Both the position numbers and the translations under genes were made by a program. The notes under the pieces are model-generated. The model worked only from the letters and a program-made list of their open reading frames with translations. It was not told where the DNA came from and made no database searches. Of a stretch of DNA of 64,000 nucleotides, positions 41,401 through 54,506 are shown piece by piece. How positions within the stretch are numbered: position 1 is the first letter of the stretch; every line of letters starts with the position of its first letter. This DNA comes from Vicugna vicugna (Eukaryota). The stretch is taken from assembly GCA_013265495.1 (NCBI GenBank), contig MU058844.1, positions 4,765,535 through 4,829,534 on the forward strand. The letters are read 5' to 3'.

Positions 41401-43539
41401 GATTTTACTATAAGAAGGTTTTTTCGGTGGTTTTCCAGCAAATAAGTTGTTTCAACCTTTACCTATAGATGATCATTACACTTTTCATTGCAGTTGATTA
41501 ATTATGTTTGTTGTGAAGGTATTTAAAGTATCAGGACTGCGGGGGAGGGGAGAAGGAAAAGAATACAATTTATAAAATTGGATTTTGGATTTCTATCAGT
41601 TTAGAGGCAGGCTGCACAAAAGAAAGTTCTCAGAGCTAGAGAAGGTCTAGTTTATTCAGTAGAGCAAAACTGAAAGCAATCAAAATTTTCCCTCAGAAAC
41701 TGATCTTTCATTTTGTAATGATGCTCTGTGCATGGTCTCTAGGAGACATTTTAGATGCAGTAAGTTCAAAAAGGTTTTCTATCCCCTGGGAAATAACAAC
41801 CCCAATAGAAAAAGTTATATCTTCCTTTAGCTGCTGGGATGGAGAATGTCAGACAAACTTTGTTGTTCTCATTCTGTCTTGCAACACAAGCTAGATTTCT
41901 GACAAGCTGTCAAGCTGCCCAAAGGTTTGCATACCCTTCTTCCCTGTAGGTGCTGCCTTCCCCAGTGTGAACTGAAATGGGAAATATATCTAAAAATGGG
42001 ATGGAGAGAATCAGGGAATGTGATAATTAAGGTTTTTCTGATCATCTAATCCTTGCTGAGGGAAGAGATCAGTTACTTCACAGGACTTACTTGAAATGCT
42101 TTGCTGTGTGAATCACAGAAAGGAGGTTCTTATTTGGAACTGTGTTGTGCTCTTTGTAAATTTGGCCTCTAAAATTTTGGAACAGACACATAAAATGTGC
42201 TGGCTAAATAATTCAGTGAACCATCACCTTCAACTTTTTTAGAGTAATATATCTCTGAATAAATATTTTTGGTCTATTGAACACATTTCTTATATTTTTC
42301 GTTTTGCAGCTTTTCTTTAGTCCTTTCTCTAAAAACAGCCCCAGAAGATTCTTCTTGAATAATTTCTTATTTTCTTCTTCAAACACTTTTTACTGAATTA
42401 GTGTTTCTTTCTATTCCACTACTTTTGAGATTCCTGTTATCACAGGTATGACTTGACTCTAATTGTAAAAAGAATACAGGTATAAAAGTGTAATTACCCT
42501 GTTGTGAGCATTACTGCAAAGAATGAATATCTGAGCAGAAAGAAAAAAAAGGTTACAGGATACACTGTTTAGAAGTGGCATTTGGGGTATTTCTGGACTG
42601 AACTAGGAGAGGGTTTTGAGGCACCTGAGTGATCCATGTGTACTTTGAAGAACTTCAGAGTGAAAGGCATGGAGTAGAATTTGTTGATCTTTGATGCTGA
42701 CCTCATTCTAGCTTCATCTTGTTGTGAGCCTTGCAGTCTCCAATTAACCTGCAAAGGGAAGTATCTCCTTTCTGGTTTTTAAGGACTCCAATAATGGCTC
42801 CAGAAGAAATTTGTCTTAAAAAGTTTCCTTTTAACTCAATGAGTCAGCAAAAACCCAAATCATGTTCTTTTTCAAGTCCTAGAGTTGTGATCTTTATTTA
42901 CAGCTTTTGGTTGTTAGCTACTGTGTGAAGGAGGCTGGGTGTTTGAGATCAGCCTCTTACTTCTGCTGCTGCAGGAGCCCCTCCTTCATTCCTGTGCACA
43001 CCTTAGGAACTTTGAACTTGGGAGGTGTGCCAGTTGATTGTTGCCCAGTACATTGTGTGTGTGTGTGTGAATACACATAAGCTTGCATGTGCATACAAGT
43101 TGAAAATACTGAAATTAAATCTCGTTCTTTTAGAGGCATGTCAAATAAACAAAAAATGAAAATGTAAGTTATATGTACTACTAATCTGTATGTACTGTGT
43201 GAAAGTACTGTCTTAGACATGTAGTGTTGTGTGCTTTCTCTAAGACAAGGGCACTTTTATTAGGTGACAACACTATATAGGCTGAGAACATGATCTTTGA
43301 CATACACATCATCATTCATTGTCTCTATGGACAAATCTAAATAATAGTGTCCTCATCCCCCAACCCCTTTTAGCTTGGCAGACCTGTCTTACGGTTTCTT
43401 ATGCATGGTGAGTCGCTCTCTGCACCTGCATAGGGTATTTCCAAGAAATATGTGGAGAAACTTCATTTTAACAAACCATGATTTAGACTCAAAGACAGCT
43501 GAAATGCTATTACTTATTTATACTTCGAAGGGCTTCCTG

Positions 43540-43690
43540 CTTCTCACACATGGTTTTCTAGTGGCAGGCTATGCAGATATTCCCCGTTTTCTAGATGAGG
43601 AAACTGAGACTCGGGGGGAGCAGTGTATGACATGTGACAGTGACAGGACAGATATCAGGTGTTCTGGCAACACGTCCATGTCTAGTTCTG
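43540..43690 (-). mobile_element. MIR core
   Basis: ccccgttttctagatgaggaaactgagactc. Confidence 0.7.
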
Positions 43691-44974
43691 AAGAGCTGCT
43701 TGGTTATTTTTGCTCAAGTAACTGAGTAGAAATGACTACTCTTATTTTCCAAAAACAAACAAACAACAAACTGAAAAAAAAAAACTGTAAGAAGGACTGG
43801 AGAGAATCTGCCTAAGAAGTAGTTCTTATGAGTTAAATTGAAGTTAATATAGAAATAAAAATACACACTAACACTTCAATGTTTAATGTCCCCAGTGTCT
43901 TTTTTTGCCAGAAGTCCTTACCATGATCAGTGCCTAATTAGATAAATAAAATGACTACAAATGTTTGTATTTGTCCCCTATTGGAAACTAAAAATCCTCT
44001 CCAAATCCAAATAGCTGATATAGTGAACAAATACATTTTCAAGTTCCTCAGAAAGCTTAGGTTGGGTTGTTGAATGTAGAGGAATTTTTCTTTGTAATGA
44101 AATCAATAGTTTCACTTCCAAATTTATTAATTACATTGTATTTCTATATCTAAATAGCCAGAGAGTTAATACAAATAAAAATTACCTTCAAGCTTTACTG
44201 AATATTTAAATAGCTTTTGATGAGAAATATTGAATGAAAATGCAGTATAAAGTTTGCAACATAAACTAAACTGTAAAATATAGTGTTTAGGATATACTGA
44301 TAGGTAGAACTTTGTATGTTTTCATTTGAAATGATAAATAAATAAAGTTTGACAGCAGTAGCCCATATTTAAATATCTTTTTCTTATAATTAAAAAACAG
44401 CGTTTTTTTGAATATTATAAAAAACAATGCATGTTCTTGCTTACAAATATGTGACTCCAAATATTATCACATCCTAAAAAATGAATAAAAATAGTCTTTA
44501 GAGTCAATGCCAAGAATAGATGATGGCTTAGAGTTAACAATAATCTAAAGACTCTTGGTACTTTTAAGGAACCTCAGGAACTTCTAATTTATTAAATTCT
44601 TCTGCAATCAAGAATGACCTTCATAAAACTCCTTAAGCTAAATCCAGTGAATTAGATTCCTGGTAAGAATTTCCAGCAGTGACAGCCAATATTCTGCTCT
44701 TCTCTTGATTCCATTATTCCAATAACTTTATTTTAAAAGATCATATTAACCAAATTATAAAATATTTAAAATGTATTTTCTTTTGGAAACATTGAATTGT
44801 AGTGTTCAAGAACAATGTTTTGTTTTTATTTCTAGATTCATAGATGAACATTGGGAGTCATTGTGACAGATACGACCATAGTCAAATTCCTAATTCTGTT
44901 CATGAGTATGCTGGATTTATTTCTTAATAACTTGCTGTAAATAGTTTTTAGCATACTAATAAGTAAAATTTTCG

Positions 44975-45152
44975 TAGTCAGAGGCTTGGGCTTGGGTTAG
45001 CAGCTGGATTTGAATCCTTGCTGGACTTCTTACTATCTAAGAGACTAGGGTAAGTCTAGTAACTTCTCTTAATCCACATTTGCCATAAATGGGGATAAAA
45101 ACAACACTGATCTTAAGAATATGTTGTGAGAATTAAATAATCTAAGTGCCCA
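44975..45152 (+). mobile_element. MIR
   Basis: ggatttgaatcc...aacttctct...taaatggggataa...ttgtgagaattaaat. Confidence 0.75.
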
Positions 45153-45544
45153 GTAATTTTTTTTTCTTTCATGTAACACATACTTTTTAATTGCTTTAAA
45201 TTTTTTCTTCTCTGTGCTATTTCTGCTACATCTAAAGCTGTGATATTTGTTTTTCTCCAATTTTTGTACATAACATCTTGAAAGACTCTCTACAGTCAAG
45301 ATCTTCCAGAAGGGGAGTTACTCACAAAACTCTCACTTTTTATCCCTTCTTTAGTCTAGCATCTGCGTCAATCACTGAAATGAAATTATCTCGTAGATTC
45401 CCAAACTTCAAGGGTACTGTTTCAACCTTTATGCTTCTCACTTGTCTGCCATATGGGTTATTTTGCTATCCACTATTTTCAAAGGCTTGCTGTGGTTTCT
45501 TTGGCAGTGTGCTCTCTCCTCTGCCTTTCTCTACTTTAAAAAGC

Positions 45545-45762
45545 AATATGGCTTAGTGGTTTAAGAGAGCAGATTCTTGAAATAAATAGTTTTCGTATCC
45601 TAGCCCACAACTTACTAGCTGTATGACCCTAAGGAAGTCAGTTCAAGTCTCTCTGCTGCTGCTTCTGTGCAGTGAAGCTAATTGATATGTCAGGAGATTA
45701 AATGTGTTAACACATGTAAAATATTCAGAACAGTGTCTGTCACATAAGTATTTGCTATTATC
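45545..45762 (+). mobile_element. MIR
   Basis: tagtggtttaagagagcagattct...acttactagctgtatgacc...agaacagtgtctgtcacata. Confidence 0.8.
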
Positions 45763-46450
45763 TCTTATATAGTAAAATCTCAATTAATTATGTATAAAAA
45801 GAGAAATCAAAATCATCTATAATGAAATTTATAACTAATTTGTAGAGTATTTATGATTTTTTCCTTTGCACTTTTCTAAATTGTTCTTATTTTCTGCAAT
45901 GAGAGTCAATCACAGTAAAATAAGAAAATGTCACAGTTTAAACAAATTGTTGGAGTAATCAAAAGCAAACCTTACATTGGAACTACTACTTCCTTAGCAT
46001 CATGCTTCATTTCTTATAACTTTCTTACAGAGATGAGAGTATAAAAATCCATATTTAACAAGAACTGTGTTCTACTAAAAGAACATATTTGGAAACATTG
46101 AAAAACTGTCCATTAGAACAAAGCCTCCTGGTGTTCCATTATCAAAATGATAGCACTGAGTATTGGCAGTGTCCCAGGTTGCTATGGCAGATTCTGATGG
46201 AGATAATTTCAATTCTTAGTTGCGCATGAATATGAGAGTAGTTGCAAATAAAACCCTCTGAAATTATATCCAAAATATTGTATTATGCTACATTCTTCTA
46301 GCTTTCATCAGATTCTCAAAGTATTGTGATCTCAAAATTTCCAAAGATAAGAACTGCAGGACACCTATCTTCAAACTCATTCCTATTTAAATTTCATAAA
46401 TGATAACATATCATCAGAAAGTAATCAGGATACCAAACATCTTAATTCTG

Positions 46451-46492
46451 TAAAGAAAGAAAGAAAAGAAAGAAAGAAAGAAAAAAGGAAAA
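46451..46492. repeat. (GAAA)n microsatellite
   Basis: aaagaaagaaagaaaagaaagaaagaaagaaaaaagg. Confidence 0.9.
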
Positions 46493-46854
46493 ATGTCATC
46501 AGATTATCATGATTCACATTTTGTGCATTTTTTGTGTTTTCCAAATTTTCTATGAATCAATGTGTTAACTTTTAGATGAGAAAAATAAAGTTATTTTACC
46601 TAAACACACAATCCAATATTCACTAGTATATTTCCATTTTTATGTACTTTCCTCTGCTCTCTCCCTTCCCTCCTCAGATAAAAAGGACTTGGTAAAGTTC
46701 TTCAACTTCATGAAGATAAATGAGATGCCAACACTGGCAAACTGATGGTCTGTATCTTTCCTCTTCACTACCCCAGGCAGTAACAAGTTCTCCTTACATT
46801 CTGGAGTCTGGAGGGGCATGCTGCCCCTGACAAGCCACAGGTCTCTGTATGATT

Positions 46855-47050
46855 TAAAGGTTAAGAGTGTGGGCTCTGGAGCCAAGGTACCTGGAATGCA
46901 AGGCCCACCACTTTTAGCTCAAAGTTTGTTTCTCTATTTGTAAAAAGGGGTAATAATAGCATGTACCTAATAACGCTATGAAATTAACAGAAGAAATGTA
47001 AGTAAAGTGCTACAAACAGTGTCTGGGCATCTTAAGAATGCAATGAATGT
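46855..47050 (+). mobile_element. MIR
   Basis: ggttaagagtgtgggctctggagcca...tgtaaaaaggggtaataatag...aaagtgctacaaacagtgtctgg. Confidence 0.85.
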
Positions 47051-47439
47051 CCTTCCCATCTTTCTGCTCATTTTCTTTACATATATCCTTTCATCATACC
47101 CCTTAGGGTAACATATTATAAACTTTACCTTTCCTTTTTTAAAATCTCTTCCTCTTTCCCATAAAAATACACTCATTTTGTGCATCACTTCAAGGATTTA
47201 CTGTACTCTAGTGATTTAAAGAGATAGCATTTATCAGTCTTCATATTATCTCTTTATTATATCATGTGGGAACTTGATGGATTAATATGTTAGTTGTCTA
47301 AGAAGTGCTAAAATCAATGGGTTGAAATTAAGCTTAGGCATTTTTGGTTCAATTGTAGGCTGGTCAGAAAGATACCTACAGAGAGGCCATACCTTTTAAA
47401 TTGCGTTATCTTATACAGGGTTGTTAACCATAACTTGTT

Positions 47440-47520
47440 TACTGCCACCACTACTGCTGCTACTACTACTACTACTGCTACAGCCATTACTACTGCTTAT
47501 GCCGCCACCACCCCACTGCC
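47440..47520. repeat. Imperfect (CTA/CTG/CCA)n trinucleotide repeat
   Basis: actgccaccactactgctgctactactactactactgctac... Confidence 0.85.
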
Positions 47521-47559
47521 ATTCCATGTGCATTCTACTACTGAAAGAAGTAATACGTG

Positions 47560-47990
47560 CTGTAATTCATCGTGTCCTTGTCTTAATCTCTGGAATGTGT
47601 GATGAATATGTTACCTGGTATGACAAGAGGAACTTTGCAGATGTGATAAAGATTCTTGATAAAGGGAGATTATCCTGGATTATCCAGTTGGGTCTAATAT
47701 AATCATGGGGGCCTTATGAGAGAGAGGCAGGACATCAGAGCAACAGAAAGTGATATGACAATGGAAACAGGAATAAGTAAGGCATGTAGCTGTAGAAGCC
47801 AGGAAAAGCAAGGAAAAGGATTCTCCTTTCAGAGCCTCCAGAAGGAAACGGCCCTGCTGATACCTTGACTTTAGCCCAGTGAAACTGATTTTGGGTTTCT
47901 GACCTCTAGAACCATAAGATAATAAATCTATGGTTGCTTTAAGATACCAACTTTGTGGTAATTCTTTACAGTGGTAAAAGAAAATGAAGA
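47560..47990 (+). mobile_element. MLT1D-like LTR
   Basis: gaactttgcagatgtgat, gggagattatcctggattatcca, agagcctccagaagga, ccttgactttagcccagtga, aataaat. Confidence 0.9.
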
Positions 47991-50900
47991 AGACTGTTTT
48001 CTATGTGCCAAGCTTTGGACTGTGACCTTGGCATGCATAATCTCAGCACTCACAGCAATCCTGAGATGTCCTGGTTTAGAGGAAGGGCATTCGGTTTGTA
48101 TACCAGATCTACCTAGTTGTTGGTTTTTTATAAAGTGCACACTCTACACAATTGTACACAGCAGTCCTGATTACTGAATTCTGGGTCCAGCAGCAGATTT
48201 TTAGGGGACACATTCTTCATGTAAAAATAAAGTGCTTATTAATTCAAACTGGAGTTTTATTTTAGGCTAGATAGATGATAAGTTAAACCACTCTGAATTC
48301 ACCTTTGCCTCCTAATGCTCAGCCTAAGAAATTAAAGTTCTGAACAAATAGCATTTTTCTGCAGCACAAGAGAGGATAGAGACATAGCTTCTGGATAGAT
48401 AGACATCGTAGAACTAGAGATATTTTGACAAAAAATAAACCTGAAAATAAAACACGAAGCTGCAAACTTACATATATGAACAGCCTAGCTATTGGATCAG
48501 TCTGAGAAAAGAAGTATCTGCAAAGGTTGTAGAATTCCATTATGAAATTTGTAGAATGTTATTATGTCATGTAGTATATACATCTTTTACATCTTCCCTT
48601 TGACACATGCAGATGAAGAAGTTCCTGGTGTGATTGCATTTATGGAGAAGTTGATGGCTGGGTGTTAGAATGTGAAAAGTGACAGTGACCCTTCAAGAAT
48701 AAAAAAAAAGTTCAGAATACTGATGAGAGAAGATAGTGTAAATGTAGACTTGGTAGGCATAGCTTTTATTTTCCTATCCTAACTTTGACAAAAACATCAT
48801 ACCCTGAAAATGATACCTAAAACACATAAGAAAAGCCAAATTATGTGGGGTTTTGACAGAATATTACATGCAAATAGTGGGCTTTTTCTAGAGCCTTTCA
48901 GTTTGCATTAGTTTTAAAAAAATACATCATGCTCAACTCATGAATATTCTGATTTTTAGTACACACCAATGTATGATTTTTGTAAATGGTCACAGGTGCA
49001 GATTTTTGCAGGAGCAATCATGCTTACTGCTGTGATTGAAAATGCTATGCATATAAAAGGAAGAGGTGGTATGGTTTTATAAATATGTAGACTGAATCGT
49101 TATACTTTATTCACAATTTACACGTGAACCAAAATGACATTGTGAACTTCGTGTCTAAAATAAGGAAGGGACATGCGGATATTAAATAGTCAGGTGCTTG
49201 TGTACAAATGTTGGAGGAATGTTTACATGCATGCTAAAGAGTGTATATTTCAATAGTATTGCACTTGAAAAATGAGGAGAAGTTTATAGCAAGTAAAGAA
49301 TTTGGTGCTTTGAATACTGGATTTACTCTGATGGAGTCCAAAGAGGCTTGCATCTGGTTAGAATTTATAGGGAAGACCCCCAAGAAAAAGGCAATGAGAG
49401 AAATATGAGACTGATTGGAGGACCCATTAGAAACGTATCTTGCAGGTAGGAGATGTTTAGCAGATAGGCAGGTGCTCCCGTAATATTTTGGCACAGAATT
49501 TCTGGTTCAGTGTATTTCCAGATATGATTCTTCCTGAGGAAGGATTTTTGTTGTTGTTGTTGTTGTTTAGTGCTTATTTATTTTCTCTGGGGAATTGGAT
49601 TTTATGATTTTATTACACTTGCAAGGCAAACTTCTGTGATTACAAATTCTGTTGTCCTTGAAATGAAACTCTCCCTCTGATAATACTAATATTTGTATCA
49701 GGTGCTATAAACATGTATAAAGCTGTTAGATGCTTTATCTGCATGATCTCTAATCCTAATTAAAAACTCCTTAATATCGATATTATTAATATCCATCTCC
49801 ATACTATTTTCTATGACTATTTCTCATGTAATTGGCTTATGGCATAATGTCAGGTGGCATATTCCTGTTTTCCTATTTGAAATAGCGTACAAATACTCCT
49901 ATGGAAGAAATGTATTTGGGAATTGAACTTATCAAAAATAGTAAACAATGCACATATCATCTAGTAAGTACATGGACTAAACAATGAAACTGAGATCTCG
50001 CAGATGACTCTGACCATAAAACCTTTTTCATGTCAGCAGATATCATTGCCCTTTTCTCTGTTTGCACATCAGCCTGTGAGTCCTTGGGAGACCCTTGCTT
50101 CTGTGCTCAGGCTGCAGCATCCACAGATCTTCCAGGGATTCAGTGCAGCATTTCAGTACTTTCCCCACCCATGCTGGGCCCATCATTAGGGAGAGAGGGT
50201 AGTTTATATTCAGAAGTGGAATGGACTTTGTGGTCTACGTAAGAAGGAGTTCTTTCTGCCTTTTCAAAGTTCAAGTCTAGAAAAAAAACAGAGCTTCATT
50301 GTTTGAAGGTGACCATGAATTTTTCTTCAGGCTCATTCTGAGACAACCACCATCTTTCCTTTTCTCCACTGCTGTGAACCTTCAACTGCTTTCTCATTAG
50401 CTCAGACTCCTCTGCCCTTGATTCCTGCTTTCTTGGAAACCGGAGGCCGCAACTTTTAGTACTTGCTGCCTTGGCGTGCTTTCCACTTTCAGCACAAAGC
50501 CTCCCTGAACGTTCAGACACAAAACAATGAGTAGAGATTGGGGAAATTAATTCATTTTCTAGGAAGTATTTCTTTTTACTGGCACTTATTTCTTTACCAC
50601 ACAAATTAGCTTCCCTGCTACCATTGCCAGCAAGTATCATTTCAAGTGTCTTTCTTGCAACTTTTGTTCCTCCAAAAATCTGGACTGTTTCTTCTGGTGG
50701 ATCTCATTAGAAAATCCATATTATCTTTCTATTTTCAGTTTTTCTCTGCTATTATATTATTCTCTTCATTTTACAGATAACGTAACTTGTTCAGAGAGGT
50801 TCTTATCTGAAAAGAATGGAGCAATACATTATCTCACTCATAGGACTGTTGAGAAGATTAAATTACTTAATGCATGTGAAGGGTTCTGTAAGAACTCAGT

Positions 50901-51499
50901 AAATTCTAGATATTGTTATATTTTTATGTTCATTATCAGGAACATAGATAAACCAGATAGTAAATGGTAGTGTTGGTGTTTGAGTGGGTTCATTTCCATC
51001 ATAACTTCCTTTTGATGGAAAGCACATTTTTTTTGAAATGTACTATCTGATGATGTAAAACTTTCAGAGATGGGATAAGATGGACTGTGGCACAATCATC
51101 TTTAATTTATTTTCAATTATATCAACACATCGCTTGTGAAACATTAAAAATATGAAAAAAAGTGTTGAAATAAAATCAGTCCATAACATTTTAGCTGTTC
51201 AATAATCCCAGAGTAGATTACTATTGATTAAAAACATTTATTTGAAATCAGAAAGGCATTCATTTATCTTTCTTTTGTTTCTGTAGTCAGATTCAGTTAT
51301 TAGAATGAATCTGCATTTGAAGTTAGACTGACATTGCCACTTATCAGCTCTTATCTTAGGCACATTTATTTCTTTAATTTCCTCAACTGTAATGTGATGA
51401 TCATTAAAATAGATCAGAATTAATTGAGTACATGGGAACTTTGTTCTAAGCACTTTACACTGATTATCTCAGATAATTCGCATGATAAACCCTACAGAG

Positions 51500-51653
51500 C
51501 AGAGGTCTCAATTCTAGATACATGTTGGAATCATGAGCAGATTCTTACCAAATAATAAAACAAAGATTCTCAGGATGGGGTTGGGGATGCTGGCATGAGA
51601 TACTTTCTGTTTCCAAAGTGAGTCTAATGAGCAGCTCAGGTTGAGAAACATCT
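51500..51653. mobile_element. MER5-type DNA transposon inserted in a MIR (about 51420-51690)
   Basis: cagaggtctcaa...gcagctcaggttgagaaacatct; MIR flanks gttctaagcactttac and gtactgttattcttccatttt. Confidence 0.6.
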
Positions 51654-51689
51654 AAATAGAAGTGAGTACTGTTATTCTTCCATTTTTTA

Positions 51690-51962
51690 GAGGCAGACCA
51701 CATTCCTTGGCTTGTGTCCTCCCTTCCATCTTCAAAGCCAGGAGTGACTGGTTGAATCTTCCCCACAAAACATCACTCTGACATTGACTCTTCTACCTCT
51801 GACTTCCACTTTTAGAAATTCCTCAGCTAATGCATTGCAGTCTCCTTGTTTTAAGGTCAGCTGGTTAGCAACCTTAATTCCCCTGTGTGCTGTGGCATGA
51901 TGTGTTCGTAGACTCTTGGGATTGGGTGTAGACATTTTTAAGGTGATATTATTCTACCCACA
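51690..51962 (-). mobile_element. MLT1D/E-like LTR, partial
   Basis: cacattccttggcttgtg...ccatcttcaaagccag...ttttaaggtcagctggttagcaaccttaattc...attattctacccaca. Confidence 0.85.
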
Positions 51963-54360
51963 GTCTCTTTTGATGGTTCTTCCTCTTCTTCAGACATCTT
52001 AATGTTATTGTGCTTAGAGCTTAGTTGTCTTCTCTCTCCTGTCTTCTTTCATTCTTTTGGTACTCTCATCTTTAAAAACCTGAAATGTCATCTATACACT
52101 AAAGAGTCTCAAATTTATGTCTCTAGCCCCAATTTTTTTTATCTTCCAGAATAATATATTCATGTACTTGACATCTCTATTAGATATTAGTAGATATTTC
52201 TAACTCAATGTATTTTGTAAATGGAAATATTGATGTATACCCTAAACATACCTCCCTCAAATTCACTTCACCTCATAACCTTCCTCATCTCACGTGATGG
52301 CAAATCCATTTTTCCTGTTTGCTTAAGTCAAATATCCTAGACTTGTCCCTGGCTCTTGTCTTTCTCTCACACACCATCCCCAATCCATCAGGAAATATAG
52401 TTGGTTAGTCTTCAAAATACAGGCTTACCCTGAAAGGTATCTCTTGGTTAACATTTTCAGTAAAACAGGTATCTCTTGATTTTTATGTCAAACTTTGGGG
52501 AATATATGTATCTCTCAAAGAAACACACTTCAGATGACTTTTACATAGAAAAAAATTATACCCAGATTCCCAAAACACAATTCAATAAAATATTTAACAT
52601 TTTAACAAATTGATGTGTGGGGAAAATCTTGAATACATTCCAAATACAGTTCATAAAATGTTAGAATTATGTAGAGACATTTAGAAAAGAGCTTCAATAC
52701 AAAAAGACCAATTCAAAAAGATATATACACCCCAGTGTTCATAGCAGCATTATTTACAATAGCCAAGACATGGAAGCAAGCCAAGTGCCCATCAGCAGAT
52801 GATTGGATTAAGAAAATATATACATATATATTTATAAAATGGAATATTACCCAGCTATTAAAAAGAATTAAATACTGCCATTTGTAGCAATGTGGATAAA
52901 CCTACAGAATATTATGTTTAGTACAATAAGTCAGAGAAAAATGAACACTATTTGATATCACATATGTGGAATCTAAAAATAATACAAATGAATGTATATA
53001 CAAAACAGATATGGACTCACAAAGAAAACAAACTTGTGTTTACCAAAAGGAAGAGAGAAAAGGAAAGGGCCAAATTAGGGGTATGAAATTAACAGATACA
53101 AACTACTATGTATAGAACAGATAAGCAAGCAAGAATTTACTGTACAGCACAGAGAATTATATTCACTATCTTATAGTAACATATAATGGAAAATTATCCT
53201 CAGAAATACTGAATCACTATGCTATACATCTGAAACAAACATAATATTATAAATCAACTATACTTCAATTAAAAAAAAGTTTCAACAAAGAAAATGACTC
53301 CTCAGATTTTTCTAGTACTAACCAGTGAAATTACTGACAAAATGAATCTTTGTCAGTATTCATATTGTTTAGTAGTCACAAGTATTTTGCAACCTGACAT
53401 AATTTATTACTTGTAGACAGTCTTTTTTATTATGTTTTATTTATTGTGTTTTGATAGTTTAAAGTAATTTAAATAAAATCTAAAAATTTAAATTACTAAA
53501 TAGTTTAAATAATGAGATTTAAATAATTTAAAATAATGAAAAAGAACATTTGAGGGTAGGTAGTCTGACTTTCAGGAGTGGGTTAATCATATTAAGAAGT
53601 TGTTGCTTATACATCCAGAATCTGACCACTTTTCAGCACCTCTCCTGCTCCTGCCCTGCTGTGAGCTGCCAGTATTTCTCATGGGATTACTGCATTTAGC
53701 TTCCCAACAGGTCTTGCTGTTTTAACTTCATACCGGTCTTTTCTCATGTCTCTTCTCTGCTCAAAACCCTGCAGTGGCTCCTCTTGCCCATAAAAGCCCA
53801 AGTTCCTACAGTGGCCTACAAGGATCCATGTTATTTCTCTCTCTCCCACCCTTTCCATTTGGACCTGTTCCACTGTCTTCCCATGGGTAACTCTGTTCTG
53901 TCACAGAGAATTCTTCCTATTTCTCAAATACTCACATGCTCTCACACCTTAGGCCTTTTGACCTCCTGTTCCTTGAGCCTAGAATACTCTTCCTCATGGT
54001 ACCCTCAGGGTGTTCTTTTCTCAGATCTCACCTTCAGCATGAGGCTCACCCTGACTAGCATATTTAATATTTCAACTCGCCTTCTCTTCTACCCTCTACT
54101 CCTCACCCTCCTTAAATCACCTTCCTTTCTTTTTTTTTTCCCCTCCAGTAGTATTGGACATTCTCTATCATGCTGTATAATTCACTTACTATGTTTAGTC
54201 TTTACTGCTTACCTCCTATCAGCTATAAGATGAGCTCCACGAGGGCAGAGATTTTTTTTTTAGTGATGAATATCAAGTACATAGAACAGTGCCTGACACC
54301 CTGATACATAGCAATGATCAATAATTAATTGTTAAGTTAATAATTTAATTAATAAATGAA
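51963..54360 (+). mobile_element. L2a 3' portion, split by an insert at 52420-53608
   Basis: caatccatcaggaaat...cttcaaaata | tacatccagaatctgaccactt...ctcaaaaccctgcagtggctcc...gagctccacgagggcagaga...tagaacagtgcctgacac. Confidence 0.9.
52700..53278 (+). mobile_element. L1 3' end (artiodactyl-type)
   Basis: caccccagtgttcatagcagcattatttacaatagccaagacatggaagcaa...aaatcaactatacttcaattaaaaaaaa. Confidence 0.95.
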
Positions 54361-54440
54361 TTTTCCCAATATTTCACAGTATTAGTGGAGCTATGATTGA
54401 ACACCAGGAGTCTGCTAACTTCTGAGCCTGTGCACTTAAA

Positions 54441-54454
54441 CTCTCTCTCTTTCT

Positions 54455-54492
<38 letters not shown>

Positions 54493-54506
54493 CTATGTCT
54501 ATGTCT
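54441..54506. repeat. Compound microsatellite (CT)5...(GT)14(ATGTCT)3
   Basis: Read directly from the sequence. Confidence 0.95.

Noticed and set aside
47421..47702. Signal-peptide-like poly-Leu ORF
   Set aside because: It arises from a CTA/CTG repeat running into an MLT1D LTR, with a TTG start.
53784..54233. Longest ORF (149 aa)
   Set aside because: It lies wholly in pyrimidine-rich L2 3' sequence, where stop codons are scarce.
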